Assembly (NCBI GenBank): GCA_951406725.2
Contig: OX597816.1
Location: 48,484,001-48,548,000 of the forward strand
From: Octopus vulgaris
Lineage: Eukaryota
Direction: 5' to 3'
DNA length: 64,000 bases
This document shows, piece after piece, positions 1-17,714 of the stretch. Below the pieces are notes generated by a model that saw only the letters and a program-made list of their open reading frames with translations, did not search any database and was not told the origin of the DNA. Made by a program: the position numbers and the translations under genes. The stretch's first letter is position 1. Every line of letters starts with the position of its first letter.

Positions 1-164
1 TCTAAAAATATCTACGATGTGTCAACGATTTAAAAAAAAATTTACCTTAATTTTTTTTTCAATTTTTAATGCATTTTTTTTGCTATTTTTTGGATATAAC
101 TCTCTAAAAATGCTTATATAGTTATTTCCCTTACAACCCGAGCAACGCCGGGCGATACTGCTAG
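1..164 (+). mobile_element. Helitron (non-autonomous) 3' end
   Basis: Subterminal GC hairpin CCCG-AGCAACGC-CGGG (137-152), then terminal CTAG (161-164) followed by T: the canonical Helitron 3' signature. The 5' part lies outside the window. Confidence 0.75.
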
Positions 165-5432
<5,268 letters not shown>

Positions 5433-5515
5433 CAGCAAAAAAAAAATCCTTTAAAAAAAATGTTTTAGCCCGAGGCCGCGGCCATGCTGGGGCACCCACC
5501 GCTGAATGAGCTACA

Positions 5516-8510
5516 CTAGTTTGTGAATCCACCTCTGATACGTGGCACTTGATCAACAAGGGAGTTCGATGCTGCTGCCCGCATCCGTGTCTCCTCCTGT
5601 CGTGAGGTAGGTTCATCTGGGACTCCCAACAAGAAGAGATCCAGTTTAGTTTTAAAGAAACCCACATCCACACCATGTAAGTCTCTCAGGCATTTAGGGA
5701 GGATGTTAAAGAGCTGTGGTCCTCTGAAACCCAAGCTGTTGCAGTATCTGGACCTGTATTTTGATGGTGATGTTGGAATCCTTGGCACCAGCAGCGGCGC
5801 CCCGTTCTGCGAAGTTGGAGTAACTTTGAATGCCAAAGTTTGGGACAAGACCCTCCAGGATTTTCCAGATGTATATCACTGCATATCTCTCCCGCCTCCG
5901 CTCCAGGGAGAAGAGGTTTAATACCTTCAGTCTTTCCCAGTAGCTGACATTTTGCATTGAGACGATTTTCTTTGTGTAGCTTCTCTGAGTTGCTTCGAGT
6001 TCTGCTGTTTGTTTTATATTGTGTGGTGACCAAAGTTGGGAGCAGTAGTCCAAGCGGCTGAGGACAAATGTTTTCCATAGGACCATCAGTGTCTCCTTCT
6101 CTCTTGTTCTGAAAGTTCGGAGAATCCATCCAGCTAGCCGTCTGCATTTTATCACCAGATTAGCAATATGCATTTGGAAAGATGCATCATTGCTCATGTC
6201 AATGCCCAGGTCACGCACTGATTTTGACTCAGGGATTGCAATTCTTCCTGGGCCAGTGTATCCAGTCTTCACGTCATTTACCTTTGTGTGCCAGTAGCGC
6301 AGGGCCTGGAACTTACCTGCATTAAACTGCATGTTGTTGTCCTCAGCCCACCTGTATATTGTGTCCAGCTCATGTTGCAGATGCGCAATATTTTCATAGG
6401 TTTTGTATTGCGTGGGAGACTTTTGTGTCATCTGCATAGCTAGCAAGGGTGGTCATCGTAGCAACTGAAGGCATGTCTGAAAGGGCCACTATGAACATCA
6501 GTGGCCCCAAGACAGTATGCCCTGTGGGGACACTCGCTTGTTATTTGCGTTTCCCTGGAGGTGGCTCCATTGCTCACAACTGCCTGTTTTCTGTCTTTTA
6601 GGAAGTTGTGCAGCCACTCTCCAAGTTTCCACGCCTATGCCAGAAGACCACGCAGTTTGTGACAGATCATACCATGGTCGACTTTATCAAAGGCTTTTGC
6701 AAAGTCAAGATATATTACATCCACATTTGAGCCATTTAGTAGCTGTTTCAACACCCAGTCATAGTGTTGCAGGAGCTGTGTTAGGCAGCCTCTACCTGGT
6801 CGAAATCCATGCTGGGTGTCTAGACAGTAAGTCATTTTCTTCAAGGAACATGATTAGTTTCTTACGGACTATTCGTTCCATGACTTTGCTGATGTGTGAG
6901 GTCAGAGAGATAGGCCTATAATTTTTAGCATCTGCTCTGCTACCTCCCTTATGGATAGGGCATATTACCCCTCTTTCCAGTTTGACTGGGAGCTTACCAC
7001 TTGCAAGAAAGCTCTGAAAAAGAAGCTGTAGCGGTTTTGCAAAGGGCTCGTTTGCACGATTTGAGAAGGATCGCTGGGAATCCATCAGGTCCAGCAGCTG
7101 AGTTTGTGTCAATCTCATCAATGGCTAGTGTGATATCATCTTCTTCGATGTTGATGTACTCAATTTTTGTCTCTTTGGCCGCTGGTAAGTGGCAAGGAAT
7201 TCTTCTGGGTTGTTTACTTGCCTGTGTCCTAGAGGTGTAGTGAACACACTTTGGAACTGTTCGTTCAGTATTTCACTTATCCTACTGGGATTTCCTGTGA
7301 GAGAGCCATCTTTTTGGAAGAGAGGTCCTATTCTCTGGTGCACTGTGGCTGTCTCTTTGGCAAACTTAAAGAAAGCTTTAGGGTTTGATTTTATATTTTC
7401 TATTACCCAAGCTTCTTTATCTGCTCTCTCCTTTTCATGGGACTGATGTAGACTTTTCTCAGTTTCCATTAGCATTCTTTCGAGCCGAGACTTCTCACCA
7501 CTTTTGGTGTGCTTGCTCAGGCGGTTTGCAATCCTTGTCCGTCGTCTCATAAGAATCCTCCTTTCTCTAGGGATCCTGTTTTTATTCTTGTGTGTGCTTG
7601 GGCCCTGCACATTGGGACATATTTGTCACATATGGCTTGTATTATGGACATGAAGTGTTTGTGTTTCATGTTTATGTCCGGTGTGGAGAGACATTCAGGC
7701 CAATCCTGTTTGAGGATCTCTTTCTCAATCGACTTCCAGTTGGCTTTATGAAAGTTTAAGTTGGAGAGATGGTGGGTGCTTCGTATAGGCTGTGTGTCTG
7801 CGGGGGCTTTTGTTCCATACATAGACAGCTCTATTATGTTGTGATCCGAGATCATTGTCGGCATCACATTAACATTATGGATAATATCCATATTGTTTGT
7901 AAAGCAGAGATCCAGTATATTATCTGCCCTTGTTGGTTGCAGAACTATTTGCTCCATGAAAGAGGTATTTGTGAGATGGAGCAGGGACTCCACCTGTGCC
8001 TGCTGATGGTGTGTCATCCCTGGGAGCATCTGCCCCCCAGGCCATTCCACATTGGGGAGGTTAAAGTCACCCATGAAGAATACACTGTTGTGCTGTTCAA
8101 GGTTGGTGAGGACTTCTCCTATTTTTGTTAGGCAGTCTTCAAACATGCCTGAGTGTTTTGGGGCGTCTGGTGGGCGATATGTAGTGCATATGACGATATT
8201 CAGTTGTCTTATGTGTACAATTTGAGTTTCACATACTGAGTTTGAATATGACAGCAGGACCTGGGGCGTGAGGTCATCTCGGATGTACATTGCAACTCCA
8301 CCATGGCTCCTCCCTTTTCTATCTGTGCGTATGACTGCATATTGCGGCATGTGTATTTCTGCATCACCTATATCGGGTTCAAGATGCGTTTCTGTGAGTG
8401 CCATGCATATAGCTTGATTGCATGTCACAAGGTCTCTCAGGAATGAAATTTTCTTTTTACAGTTTCCGCGCAGCAGCTTCCTCCTACATTCAAGTAGGAA
8501 ATATTTTTGT
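5516..8510 (-). pseudogene. LINE ORF2 (APE endonuclease + reverse transcriptase), broken by several frameshifts
   Basis: APE motifs LTETHL, GGVAMYI, YRPP, MGDFN, NILDL, SDHN. RT motifs NYRPISLTS, QHGFR, YLDFAKAFDKV, VPQG-like, SYADDTK (about 6422-6442), VRDLG, SRLDYCSQLWSP, LERRRER. Stop at 5516-5518. Confidence 0.92.
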
Positions 8511-9393
8511 GGTGTGTGTGTTGGTGTTGGTGTCTGTGGTGGCCATCCTGCATCTGTTGGAGGTGGCCTTATGTGGTGGTAGTTCCAGCTTTGTGCTTGT
8601 AGCCAAGGTCAGCTGCTGAACAATTTTTTGTGCCATGCACAAAAAAGACTGCTGTTCAGCTGCCGACCTTCTCACATCTGGGTGAAGCTGGCCACCTGTT
8701 GGGTTTCCGCGCACCACATCTGCATACCGTCTTTCAGTAGTGGTCAGTGCGCTTTTTTCCCTTCTTTTAACTTTTTGTTTTTGTTCTCCCTGAGGGAGGG
8801 ACCCTCTGTCTCAGCGTCCGTGCGGTTTTGGTAGGGCCTCCGATGTGCAAAGCGACAGTTTGCACCTTCAACGCCGTACCAGCAGTCCCCCCTCAGGTAG
8901 AATTTGCAGGTGTTTCTTTCCCTGCCCTTACAGTTTTTGCTGGGGTCCCTCTGCTTTCTCTGGACAGGGCTTCCTTTAGCCTTGATTCTGTCACCCTTTA
9001 CCTCCTGCTTCCCATCAATTCCAGGGTGCCTTTCCTTTCTTGCGGCCATCGCACCTCTTTGGTCTTCAGTTGTGGTGTTGGAAGCTGGACATGTGTCATC
9101 GTTTCCCTGTGTTCCAGGCTTCTCCATTTGGCTCTGGATGCTTTCCTCATCCTTTTGGCCCTCCCTGCTGCCGTCACCTCCCAGGATGATGTCCAGGGTG
9201 TCCACATGTTGCCTGATTAGGAGCGTACGAACGGATAACTTCTCTCTTCTTTCGCTCTATCTGGGCGGTGGTTCTCGAAAAATTGTTGCTTTTCAGCGCC
9301 GCAGCAATAATGTCGTTCGGCGAGTCGTCCTCAGCGATCTTCCAAGCGCGGACGAACAATTGCACCCTCTCTCGCAGACCAGTTTCTTGCCAT
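8490..9393 (-). pseudogene. LINE ORF1 with an N-terminal Myb/SANT-like domain and a CCCH zinc finger (frameshifted)
   Basis: ATG at 9393. Removing one G in the GAGGG run gives MARNWSAREVQLFVRAWKIAEDDSPNDIIAAALKSNNFSRTTAQIERKKREVIRSY. Downstream CKFYLRGDCWYGVEGANCRFAH is a CCCH motif. Confidence 0.7.
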
Positions 9394-9414
9394 TTTCTTC
9401 TAGTGAAATATAGG

Positions 9415-10158
9415 AACAGAGAGAGAGATAGAGAAGGAGAGATATGGAGAGGGAGAAGAGAAAGGAGAAAGTTTGCCAGGGGGGGATAGAGAGAGAGACG
9501 AGGGGATTTTCCTGAGAGAAGAGAGAAAGAGAGAAAATAAGAGGGAAAAAGAGAAAGGTGAGAGAATGGCAGGTCAGCAGGGGGAGAGTGAGCGGGATAG
9601 AGGTGTAGTAGAAAGGGACAGGGTGGAAAAGTGAGACAAGAGGGTGGACCCCTAGGGGGGCAGGGAGAAGAAAGGCGGAGAGATAAAATGGAGAGGAAGA
9701 GAGAGATGAAATGGAGAGGGAGAGAGAGAGAGGGCAGGATAGAGGTACCAGGGAGTGAAGTAAAGGGACAGAGAGGGTGGTGTGGAGGAAGGAGACAGAG
9801 AGAGGAAAAAAGAGACAGGGGGTGGTGAGCCTTAGAGGGAACAGGGAGAGGAAAGGTAGGAAGAAAAAAGGGGGAAGAGGAAGAGAGGGGGCGCAACAGA
9901 GTGTGGTAAAGGGACAGGGAGGGTGGTGTAGAGAAAGAAATAAGGGGACAGAAGGGGAAGAGGAAAAGGGGTTTGACCTGTGAAGGAGCGGAGAGGAAAG
10001 AGGCAGAGAGAGGGAGGGGGAGTAACAGAGAGAGAGAGAGAAAGAGAGGGCGGTATATAGATACAAGAGAGAATGAGTGAAGTTGAGGAACTGAGAGAGG
10101 GGGTGAGGTGAGAGAAAGTTGATCTGAGAGAGAGGCAGAAAGAGAAACGATTGCAGAG
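9415..10158. repeat. Purine-rich (GA) low-complexity tract upstream of LINE ORF1
   Basis: Dominated by A/G on the + strand. May be LINE 5'UTR or flank. Confidence 0.85.
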
Positions 10159-10258
10159 NNNNNNNNNNNNNNNNNNNNNNNNNNNNNNNNNNNNNNNNNN
10201 NNNNNNNNNNNNNNNNNNNNNNNNNNNNNNNNNNNNNNNNNNNNNNNNNNNNNNNNNN
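10159..10258. other. Assembly gap (100 N)
   Basis: Run of exactly 100 N, a placeholder of unknown true size. Confidence 0.99.
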
Positions 10259-10410
10259 CATATATATAATGGTTGTGGTTTGAACAAATTATGTGAAGCT
10301 ATATGATTGTTATTTCTGTTAATCACGGTTTGAGAAAGAGAAAGAAAAAAAGAATCTATGCAATTTCTTGCATTGTTAAACCACAAGTAAAAACCGTATG
10401 TATGTATCTA

Positions 10411-10461
<51 letters not shown>

Positions 10462-10675
10462 CTGAGAGAGAAAGAGAGGGATAGATAGATAGATAAATAG
10501 AGAGTTAGAGAGAGAGAGAAAAGTAATGCCAAAAAATTAGGTTGCTTTTGTTTCATTCATGTAACAAGTCTGGTTTGTTCCTACATAGAAATAAGTGTTG
10601 GTACAAGATAAATGACAGCTCGTGACTACTAGGATTATCTCTTCAAGAAACACTGTACAAATTGGGATTAATACA

Positions 10676-10715
<40 letters not shown>

Positions 10716-11462
10716 AAAAAAGCAAATTTATTATTTGTGGGGAAATTCCTTGGAAATGATCAAACCAAAATGCACATAAACTATGCTGTTTATTCAACTG
10801 GTTGTAATTTGTTGTTTCTGTTATGAAAGTAAATTGGGGCAAACAGAAACAAAATGTGGCACTAAATGTAAAATGTAAAAGAGATTCTTTCATTGATGTA
10901 TCACAGAGAAACAATGTTTATTCTGAAAACTGTTGCAACAATAGTAATTATTGCATGTGAAATGAACTGGCTTATATCATATATGATACTATTCTGCTGT
11001 TAACAGAGATTAGAATGCTCAAAGAGTGACGGCTCTCTTTTGAATGGTATCCTTAGAAATCAGACAATAAAATGTACAAATGCTTTATTAATAATAACGA
11101 TCTCCTATAGAATAATGACCGCAAATATTTTGAGTGAAGAGTATGTTGAGGATTTAATTAATCCCACTATTTCATTGGTGCTTATATTATTAATAATGAA
11201 CACTCGCCCAATCCAGACTAATGGCAGGCCTCCTACCATTTCTGCCATACTATTGTGCTATTTAATTATCTCTTTACATAAAAGCCTGTGTCGTGTTTCT
11301 TTGCTTGTTGGTTTTATCAGACTGTAAGAATATTTCACAAACTTAAAGATACATACATACATATATACATACATATATATATAATTGATAACATAAAGAG
11401 TGGAGATTTATTCACATCTAAAACTTTTTGGTCAAAAAGTTTTCTTCTGCATATATAACACT

Positions 11463-11546
11463 GACCTACATATGTTTCGATTGAAGTAAATGCACATTCC
11501 TTGGTATGTAAGTATGCATCCTTGTCGCTGCAATTTCATCAAGGCC
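11463..11546 (-). ncRNA. Minimal type I hammerhead ribozyme-like motif (Penelope-type)
   Basis: Minus strand: GGCC-UUGAUGA-AAUUG...CAAUC-GAAAC-AUAU-GUA-GGUC. Stem I GGCC/GGUC, stem II AUUG/CAAU with a long insert, palindromic stem III ACAUAUGU, GUA cleavage triplet. The core has U instead of C at position 3. Confidence 0.55.
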
Positions 11547-12294
11547 CCCACTCATGATGTGTTCAAAGTGAATTGATTCAAACAAGTGTCCTGTGTTGGT
11601 ATTCTGATGAAGATTATAGCATTACTTCTTAAATCCAATGGAATTCTGGTATTATAATCACCTCTACTGATATTACAGTCGAAGCATGGTTTTAAAATAT
11701 TTATTCAGATTTCAATTAATTGTAGCAGTTTTGTGCAAATATGTGGGTCTGTTAGCTTAACTTTGATTTTAGGTATAAAAATATCATGTACAGGTATAAG
11801 GTTACCTCAAAGAATAGGGAGTACTTCTATATAGCTCACGTTATATTAAGCAAAGAATTCTCAATCATTTAAATTTGCTTTGGAATAGGAACAAAATGAA
11901 TACTACTAGCCTTAGTAAACTAGTTTGGGTGCCAAAAGATAGTAACAAAGTATATTCAATTGTTTGGGTAATAATTAGTAAGGTAAAACTTATAGAATAG
12001 GCAATAATAGATGTGACTTTTGTGTGGAAGAAGTGTACCAAATTTCCACTTCTAAGTTTAATCATATAAACACAAGACAGGAACAGGCTGTAAGATGTCC
12101 ACACTTGAGAAAATATATGTTTAAACGATTTAAACAAACACAACTTCTACATTTGCTTTGGCAGTAAAGCACTCTTCATGTTGATTTGGGATAGATACTT
12201 TTGAGCAGAAATTTTTATAGTGATCAATCTGTTTAAGCCTCCCTCGAAAATTTCTAACCTTTAACCTTTGTTAGGAATGATTATTCTAAAGATG

Positions 12295-12500
12295 CAGTAG
12301 ATTGACAGAACTGGTAATGTGTTGGACAAAATTGCATTGTGGTTTTTATTCTGGCACTTTGATGTTTTGGGTTCCTGTCTTGCTGAGGCCAGCTTTGCTT
12401 TTCCTCTCTTTAGAGTCAGTCAAATAAAGTACCAGTCAAGTACTGGGATTGATGGTAGTGAGCCCCACTTCCTCTGAAAATTGCTGGCCTAAATTTTCAA
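12295..12500 (+). mobile_element. SINE family B, degenerate
   Basis: Matches GCCTTTCATCCTTT..GATAAAATAAGTACCAG..CTGGGGTCGAT of better copies. Confidence 0.6.
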
Positions 12501-12837
12501 ACCTCATCATCATCATTATCATCGTTTTAATGTCCCCTTGCATGGGTCAGGTGGAATTTTTGTTGAGGTGAATTTTCTGTGGCTGGATGCTCTTCTGTCA
12601 CCAGCCCTCATTTGTTTCCAAGTAAGGGGATATTTTTCTTATCACCAGAATATTACTGTATATTGGAAATGAAAGACACCCCTTGCATTATGGTGTCACT
12701 CAATTGCAATTGTTGCATGATGTCACGGTAAGGTGACAGTAACACACACACACAGACAAGCACAAACATAGATATATGTACATAAAAATACAATGGGCTA
12801 CTTTGTAATTTCTGCCTATCAAATCCATTATTATTAT

Positions 12838-13480
12838 TAAGTCCCTGGCCTGGAAGTGCTACCGGGGAGTGCTGCCGGTTTGAGATAAGCTTGTCGAAGA
12901 TGCACGTACAGTGAATGAAACCATTCTACATGCTCCTGTACACTGTTTGCACATTGCTGACTTGTAGAGCTGTATTAAGCAGTTATTCTCATGTGTAGGA
13001 TGGATCTGGCTATTGTCTGAGTCCATTGTGAAGATCACCCTTGCCTCCTTCCTTTAGTTGGGAAGGGGGTGCAATTTTTCTCTGTCTGGTGGCTATGACA
13101 AAAGAGGTTCCATTGTGGACGCGATTGAAAGGGTTGAACACAGGTATATTCCTCTTTGGCCAAGGCCTCATTGATTTTTTTCAGGTTCCACCTGAAAAAG
13201 AAAGTGAGGCTGGAGAGGAAGGTACTATCACCCAGTAAGTTCATTGAAAAGTGGGTGAACATGACAAGAATACCCCGCATAAATGAGCCTACTTTAAATG
13301 TGCGCCTGTAGGCTGGATGAAAGAGAGAGGAGAGGGTGCCTTCATGAGGAGCGTTTGGTGTTAAGGATTCCAAAGTGCATGAGGTCCCTTTGGTCACCTT
13401 ACGGTGGAACTCTCCCCTATTGGGGAAACATTGTTGATTTAATCTCTTTTTTAACCGTTGTGTTTGCTTGCTGTTTACAT
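12838..13480 (+). mobile_element. Tx1/L1-group LINE ORF2 C-terminal relic plus 3'UTR
   Basis: Translates KSLAWKCYRGVLPV*DKL...ETILHAPVHC (zf-RVT/CCHC-like), then ESIVKITLPPSFSWEGGAIFLCLVAMTKE...FHLKKKVRLERKVLSPSKFIEKW. Confidence 0.7.
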
Positions 13481-13594
13481 GTCTGCCATGGTCGACTTTG
13501 CCTTTCATCCTTTCGAGATTGATTAAAATAAATAACTGTTGTGCACTGGGGCTGATCTAACTGCTAGTATTGTACCAAAATCTGAAATCATTGG

Positions 13595-13790
13595 GGAGCT
13601 AGCAGAATCATTACTGTATTGGACAAAATATTTAGCAGTATTTCTGCCATCCTTACACTCTGAGTTCAAATTTTGTTGAGATCAGCTTTAGCTTTCATTC
13701 TTTTAGGGTCGATAAAATAAGTACCATTTGAGCACTGGGATTGATGTAATTGACCTACCCTCACCTCCAAAATTACTGGCTTCGTGCCAC
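13595..13790 (+). mobile_element. SINE family B
   Basis: GAGCTAGCAGAATC (A-box-like), GAGTTCAAATT (B box) and GCTTTCATTCTTTTAGGGTCGATAAAATAAGTACC core. Confidence 0.75.
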
Positions 13791-14599
13791 TATTATCTCT
13801 ACTACTACTACTACTACAACTACAACTACTGCTGCTGTTGTGGTGGTAGCTGTGGCGTTAACAAAATGGACTAGCAGAAGCTCTATGGAGAATAACTAAG
13901 ACAGAATTCAGCCTTTTTCACATTGTCAGCTTGATAGGAATTTACCGTTTCTCTGTGGCATTAATATATTTATATCTATACTCTCACCATACGCACATGC
14001 AAATAAATGTATGCATATAGATACCCCACACATACACGCACATACAGAAATTTATTTAAGTATAGCAAATGTGTTTAAGTAACCAGTTTATGACATAAGC
14101 TTGACTGATTGATAAGTTAATTAAAAATTTGGCCAAGAGGCTGTAAACTTGGTAATAACACTCACTTTGTTCATTTGATGGCTGTCTATTTAAGCTAGAA
14201 AATAATTAGTTCTCCTTCATAATGATAATGAGCATCAAGAAACACAAACACCTGCTTTAAGAAGACCTGCGTTTCTCAATGCCATGATAGAATGTCCTTA
14301 GAGTGAAAAGTCAGAAGACAGCATATGGCTGATTTAAAAGTATTTCTTGTGAATGGCTTGTGCATACAGATATTTTCAATTCTGCTTGCTAACATTTTAA
14401 CTTAGGGTCACCAAGGTTTAACTAAAGATGAGCTGAATGGATTAGTAGTTTTGAAGATTAAAGATGCTGTATGAGAAGGTATATTGTTTTTATGACTTAG
14501 TCGGGCAAAGAGGGCAACGTCTATGACCTCCAGTATCAGAATAAATACTGTAAGGCATTCTGTCTAATGCTCATTTGATCCTGTCATTTCACCATCTAT

Positions 14600-14925
14600 A
14601 TTCTGGCACTCTGTCAGTTATGATGATATGGGTTCTAGTTGATCTGCTCAACGGAACAGCCTGCTAGTGAAATTAACATACAAGTGGCTAAGCACTCCAC
14701 AAACACATATACTTTTTACGTACTTCTCAGGGAGATTCAGCATGACTCAGAATGTAATAAGGCCAGTCTTTTAAATACAGGTACAACTCATTTTTGCCGG
14801 CTGAGTGGACTGGAGGAATGTGAAATAAAGTATCTTGCTAAAAGACATAACGCATCATCAGGAATTGAACTCATGACCACATGATGTGAGCTGAATACCC
14901 CTAACCACTAAGCCATGCACCTTCC
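14600..14925 (-). mobile_element. tRNA-derived SINE family D
   Basis: Minus-strand head TGGCTTAGTGG (A box)...GAGTTCAATTCC (B box). Body shared with 52030-52305 and about 57270-57460. Confidence 0.75.
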
Positions 14926-17144
14926 CCTTACACACATCTATATACAGTGTTGTCTAAAGGCATGGATACACTGGGCAGTTGCACAGAGGCCTCACAGGTC
15001 AAGGGGCTGAAATTATGATCTACACATGTTGCAACTTGTTGTCAATACATAAATATTATAGGGCATAGTGTATTGATTTGCCCTGGGCTTCATGAGTCAG
15101 GAGCCCATTTCTAATCAAAGCTGTAGCTTGCTGTCCATAAGTAAATACTATAGGGCTTGGGGTATTGATTTGCTCAGGAGCCTGTAATGCTGCTAAGAAA
15201 TCCCTGCCTATTTATTCAACTTCTTTCAGTAACACTATGAAGATTAAATTCGTGAAAATATAATACAACAAAGCCTCTTCAAGGTAATTTTACTCAACCA
15301 AACATTTAAAGGACAGTTGTCTGTTTGATAGAAATGGTGGAACGTCCAGTTAATTGACTTCCAGTTTTGACCATCAACTTTCTGTGATCAAATTCTGCTG
15401 GTGTTAATTTAACCGATTTTATCCCACATTGAGGGATAAAATATGAACCAGAGCCAAATCCAACTGACCAGCAACTCCACTCCATACTCTCCTTGAACAA
15501 ATCGATAACTAGATATATCATCATCATCATCAGTGTATATAAAGAAAAAAATTTTTAGAATTTCATCTGTAGAAAAATTCACTTGGAGATATTTCTTACC
15601 TACTTTCATCTCTTCTTCATCTTCTTCTTCATCTCTTGTCTTTGCGTTTATTGATAAGAAAATGTTTTCAGACTTGGATAAAGATAATATTTATGACAAA
15701 TGCATAGTTTTAGGATGAGATCTCTTGCAAGATTCCCATTCAATGATTTATTGTTTTCATTTCGTATTTTGTTTTGTTGAATGGTTTTCACTGATGCAAG
15801 ATATATTTATTTGACGTTTTCATTTCACAAACCCTGTAAAATAGATAATGAAAAATAGCAATGACTGACTTGCTGATAATGACAATAGAAGATGTATTCA
15901 GTTGAGATATCATAGATAATGCTTTCAACACTGCTTGCCTGGTGGGCGTGGCAACTATTTGGGCAGCAAGACATAGTGAGTTCAAACTTTGCAAAATGAT
16001 ATTCTAGTTTCCCAGTCAGTCAGCTTAGCTTAAAAAACATCTACTTTGCATATGAAGAATTAGTTTTAGGAAAGGCATCAAAGTATTAAATATATAATAA
16101 ATATCAGTTTCACATTGCTGTGGCATCTAATATGTTTACAATTGTAATCATATTACAGACTTGTTTTCATAGAACCAGTGACAACTACTAATAACGATGT
16201 TAAACATTGTGGTGAGCAACCAATATATGTAAATATTTGCATTAATACAGCATTATGACGTCACTTCTATATCTGATCTTGCACCTGGCTACCAAAAATA
16301 TGGGGCAGATACAATAAAGTTGTTGTTTTAATGGAACGCTTGACAAAGTAGAAGGAAAATAATAAAATAAAAAGGTAAAACTGTTGTTTGGATTTATAAA
16401 TTCTCTTTTCCTATTAGTAATGCTCATCAATTATAATGATTTTCTTTGATCGTGTTTTCTGATCATTTATCACTTTTGAAAGTAATTATTAAGATTAGTG
16501 TTTATCTAAAGTAGTTGCTCCAACATTTTATGCAAATATCTTAATTTGCATCACTATCTTAAAAAAATAAAGAGTTACATAATGACTTGAAAGAAGTAGC
16601 TGGCTGGAATGAAAGTCAGTTCTCTTTTACATTTATATTTTGAGGATATTCATCATTTGTGAACCAAAAGGAATGAATTTTAGGATAATTATTCTTTGTT
16701 CTAAGTTTGCCTGAAATATTGATATGAATTTTGCACAGTTGTTTTGATCTCATTGTATAATTAAGCAATCTTTATTTTACGGTAATCTTTTGTTATGATA
16801 GTTGTGCAGTGGAGAAACAAAGCTCTTGTTTAATTAAAAAAAAAAGAAAAGAAAATGAAATGAAATGAAATTAAAGATTTTAAGATTTCCTGTCATAATT
16901 GGCTGCAGTTACAATTTCTTTTATTGCCATAAATTATTTTGTTTTCTGAATTTAAGTTAATATATCTTAGTCTTTGTAGTTTTGGTATCGTTCTACAATG
17001 AGAAATATATCTACACTGAATAATTTTGGTCATATGGTGCATGATCTCCATTATATCACTTGTCGGGCTATTATTCAAACTGTTTTGTTATCTCTTCTAC
17101 ACTATTCCATTCATTTCTCATTTTATGAACTTGTCATCATCAGC

Positions 17145-17455
17145 TCCTGTGTCAGTACCACATAAGAAGCACTTGTGCTGGTGTCACGTGGAAAAGCACC
17201 CATTGAGTGCCATGTAAAAACCTCGTAAGCCAGTGCTATATATGAAGCACCCATGCCAGCATCATGTGTAAAACACTTGTGCTGGTGCCACATAAAAAGC
17301 ACCCAATGCATTCAGTAAAGTGGTTGGCATTTAGAAGGGTATCCAGTCATAGAAACCATGCCAAAACAGATAAATGGAGCCTGGGCAGTACTCTGGGTGG
17401 CCAGCTCCTGTCAAACCATGCCAGCATAGGAAACAGACATTAACTGATGATGAGG
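17145..17455 (+). mobile_element. Old RTE-type 3'UTR copy
   Basis: GTGCTGGTGCCACATAAAAAGCACCC, then GGTTGGCATTTAGAAGGGTATCCAG, CCATGCCAGCAT and a (GAT)n tail. Confidence 0.65.
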
Positions 17456-17714
17456 AGGATGTTGTTCTATACTGGTGTGAGCTCGATGGTTTGACAGGAT
17501 TTGATTCATCCAAGGACTGCATTGTGCTCTGTTGTATGCTGTTGCTTCGACATAATTGCTACAATATGATGCCCTTCTTAAAACCAGCCACTTTACACCT
17601 TATACTGAGGGCTTTTTTCATGTGATTACTACAGTTGAGGTCACCATGCAGCTTGCAAAAATATGTATGAACTCTGTGAAGGAAATGTTACATTAGAAGA
17701 TGAGGTGTAAAAGA

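Larger units (their letters stand above)
5455..9410 (-). mobile_element. Near-full-length non-LTR retrotransposon (APE-RT, CR1/L2 group)
   Basis: ORF1, APE endonuclease, RT, C-terminal region and 3' tail are collinear on the minus strand. Confidence 0.93.

Noticed and set aside
9174-10261. Leu/Ser/Pro-rich ORFs (also 32160-32872 and 60820-61497)
   Set aside because: Translations of pyrimidine-rich low-complexity DNA. Only the last ~70 aa of the 9174-9896 ORF belongs to LINE ORF1.
11285-11330. Minus-strand CTGATAA...GAAAC, hammerhead-like
   Set aside because: Stems II and III cannot be formed convincingly.
14945-15210. Possible hAT-type MITE; also hAT-like ends GAGAA(C/T)CACTG near 51410 and 58319
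   Set aside because: TIRs are too decayed and no 8-bp TSD was found.
15600-15834. Minus-strand segment with a good acceptor (TTTTACAG) and donor (GTAAG)
   Set aside because: All three frames are closed by stops. At most a non-coding exon, unsupported without RNA data.
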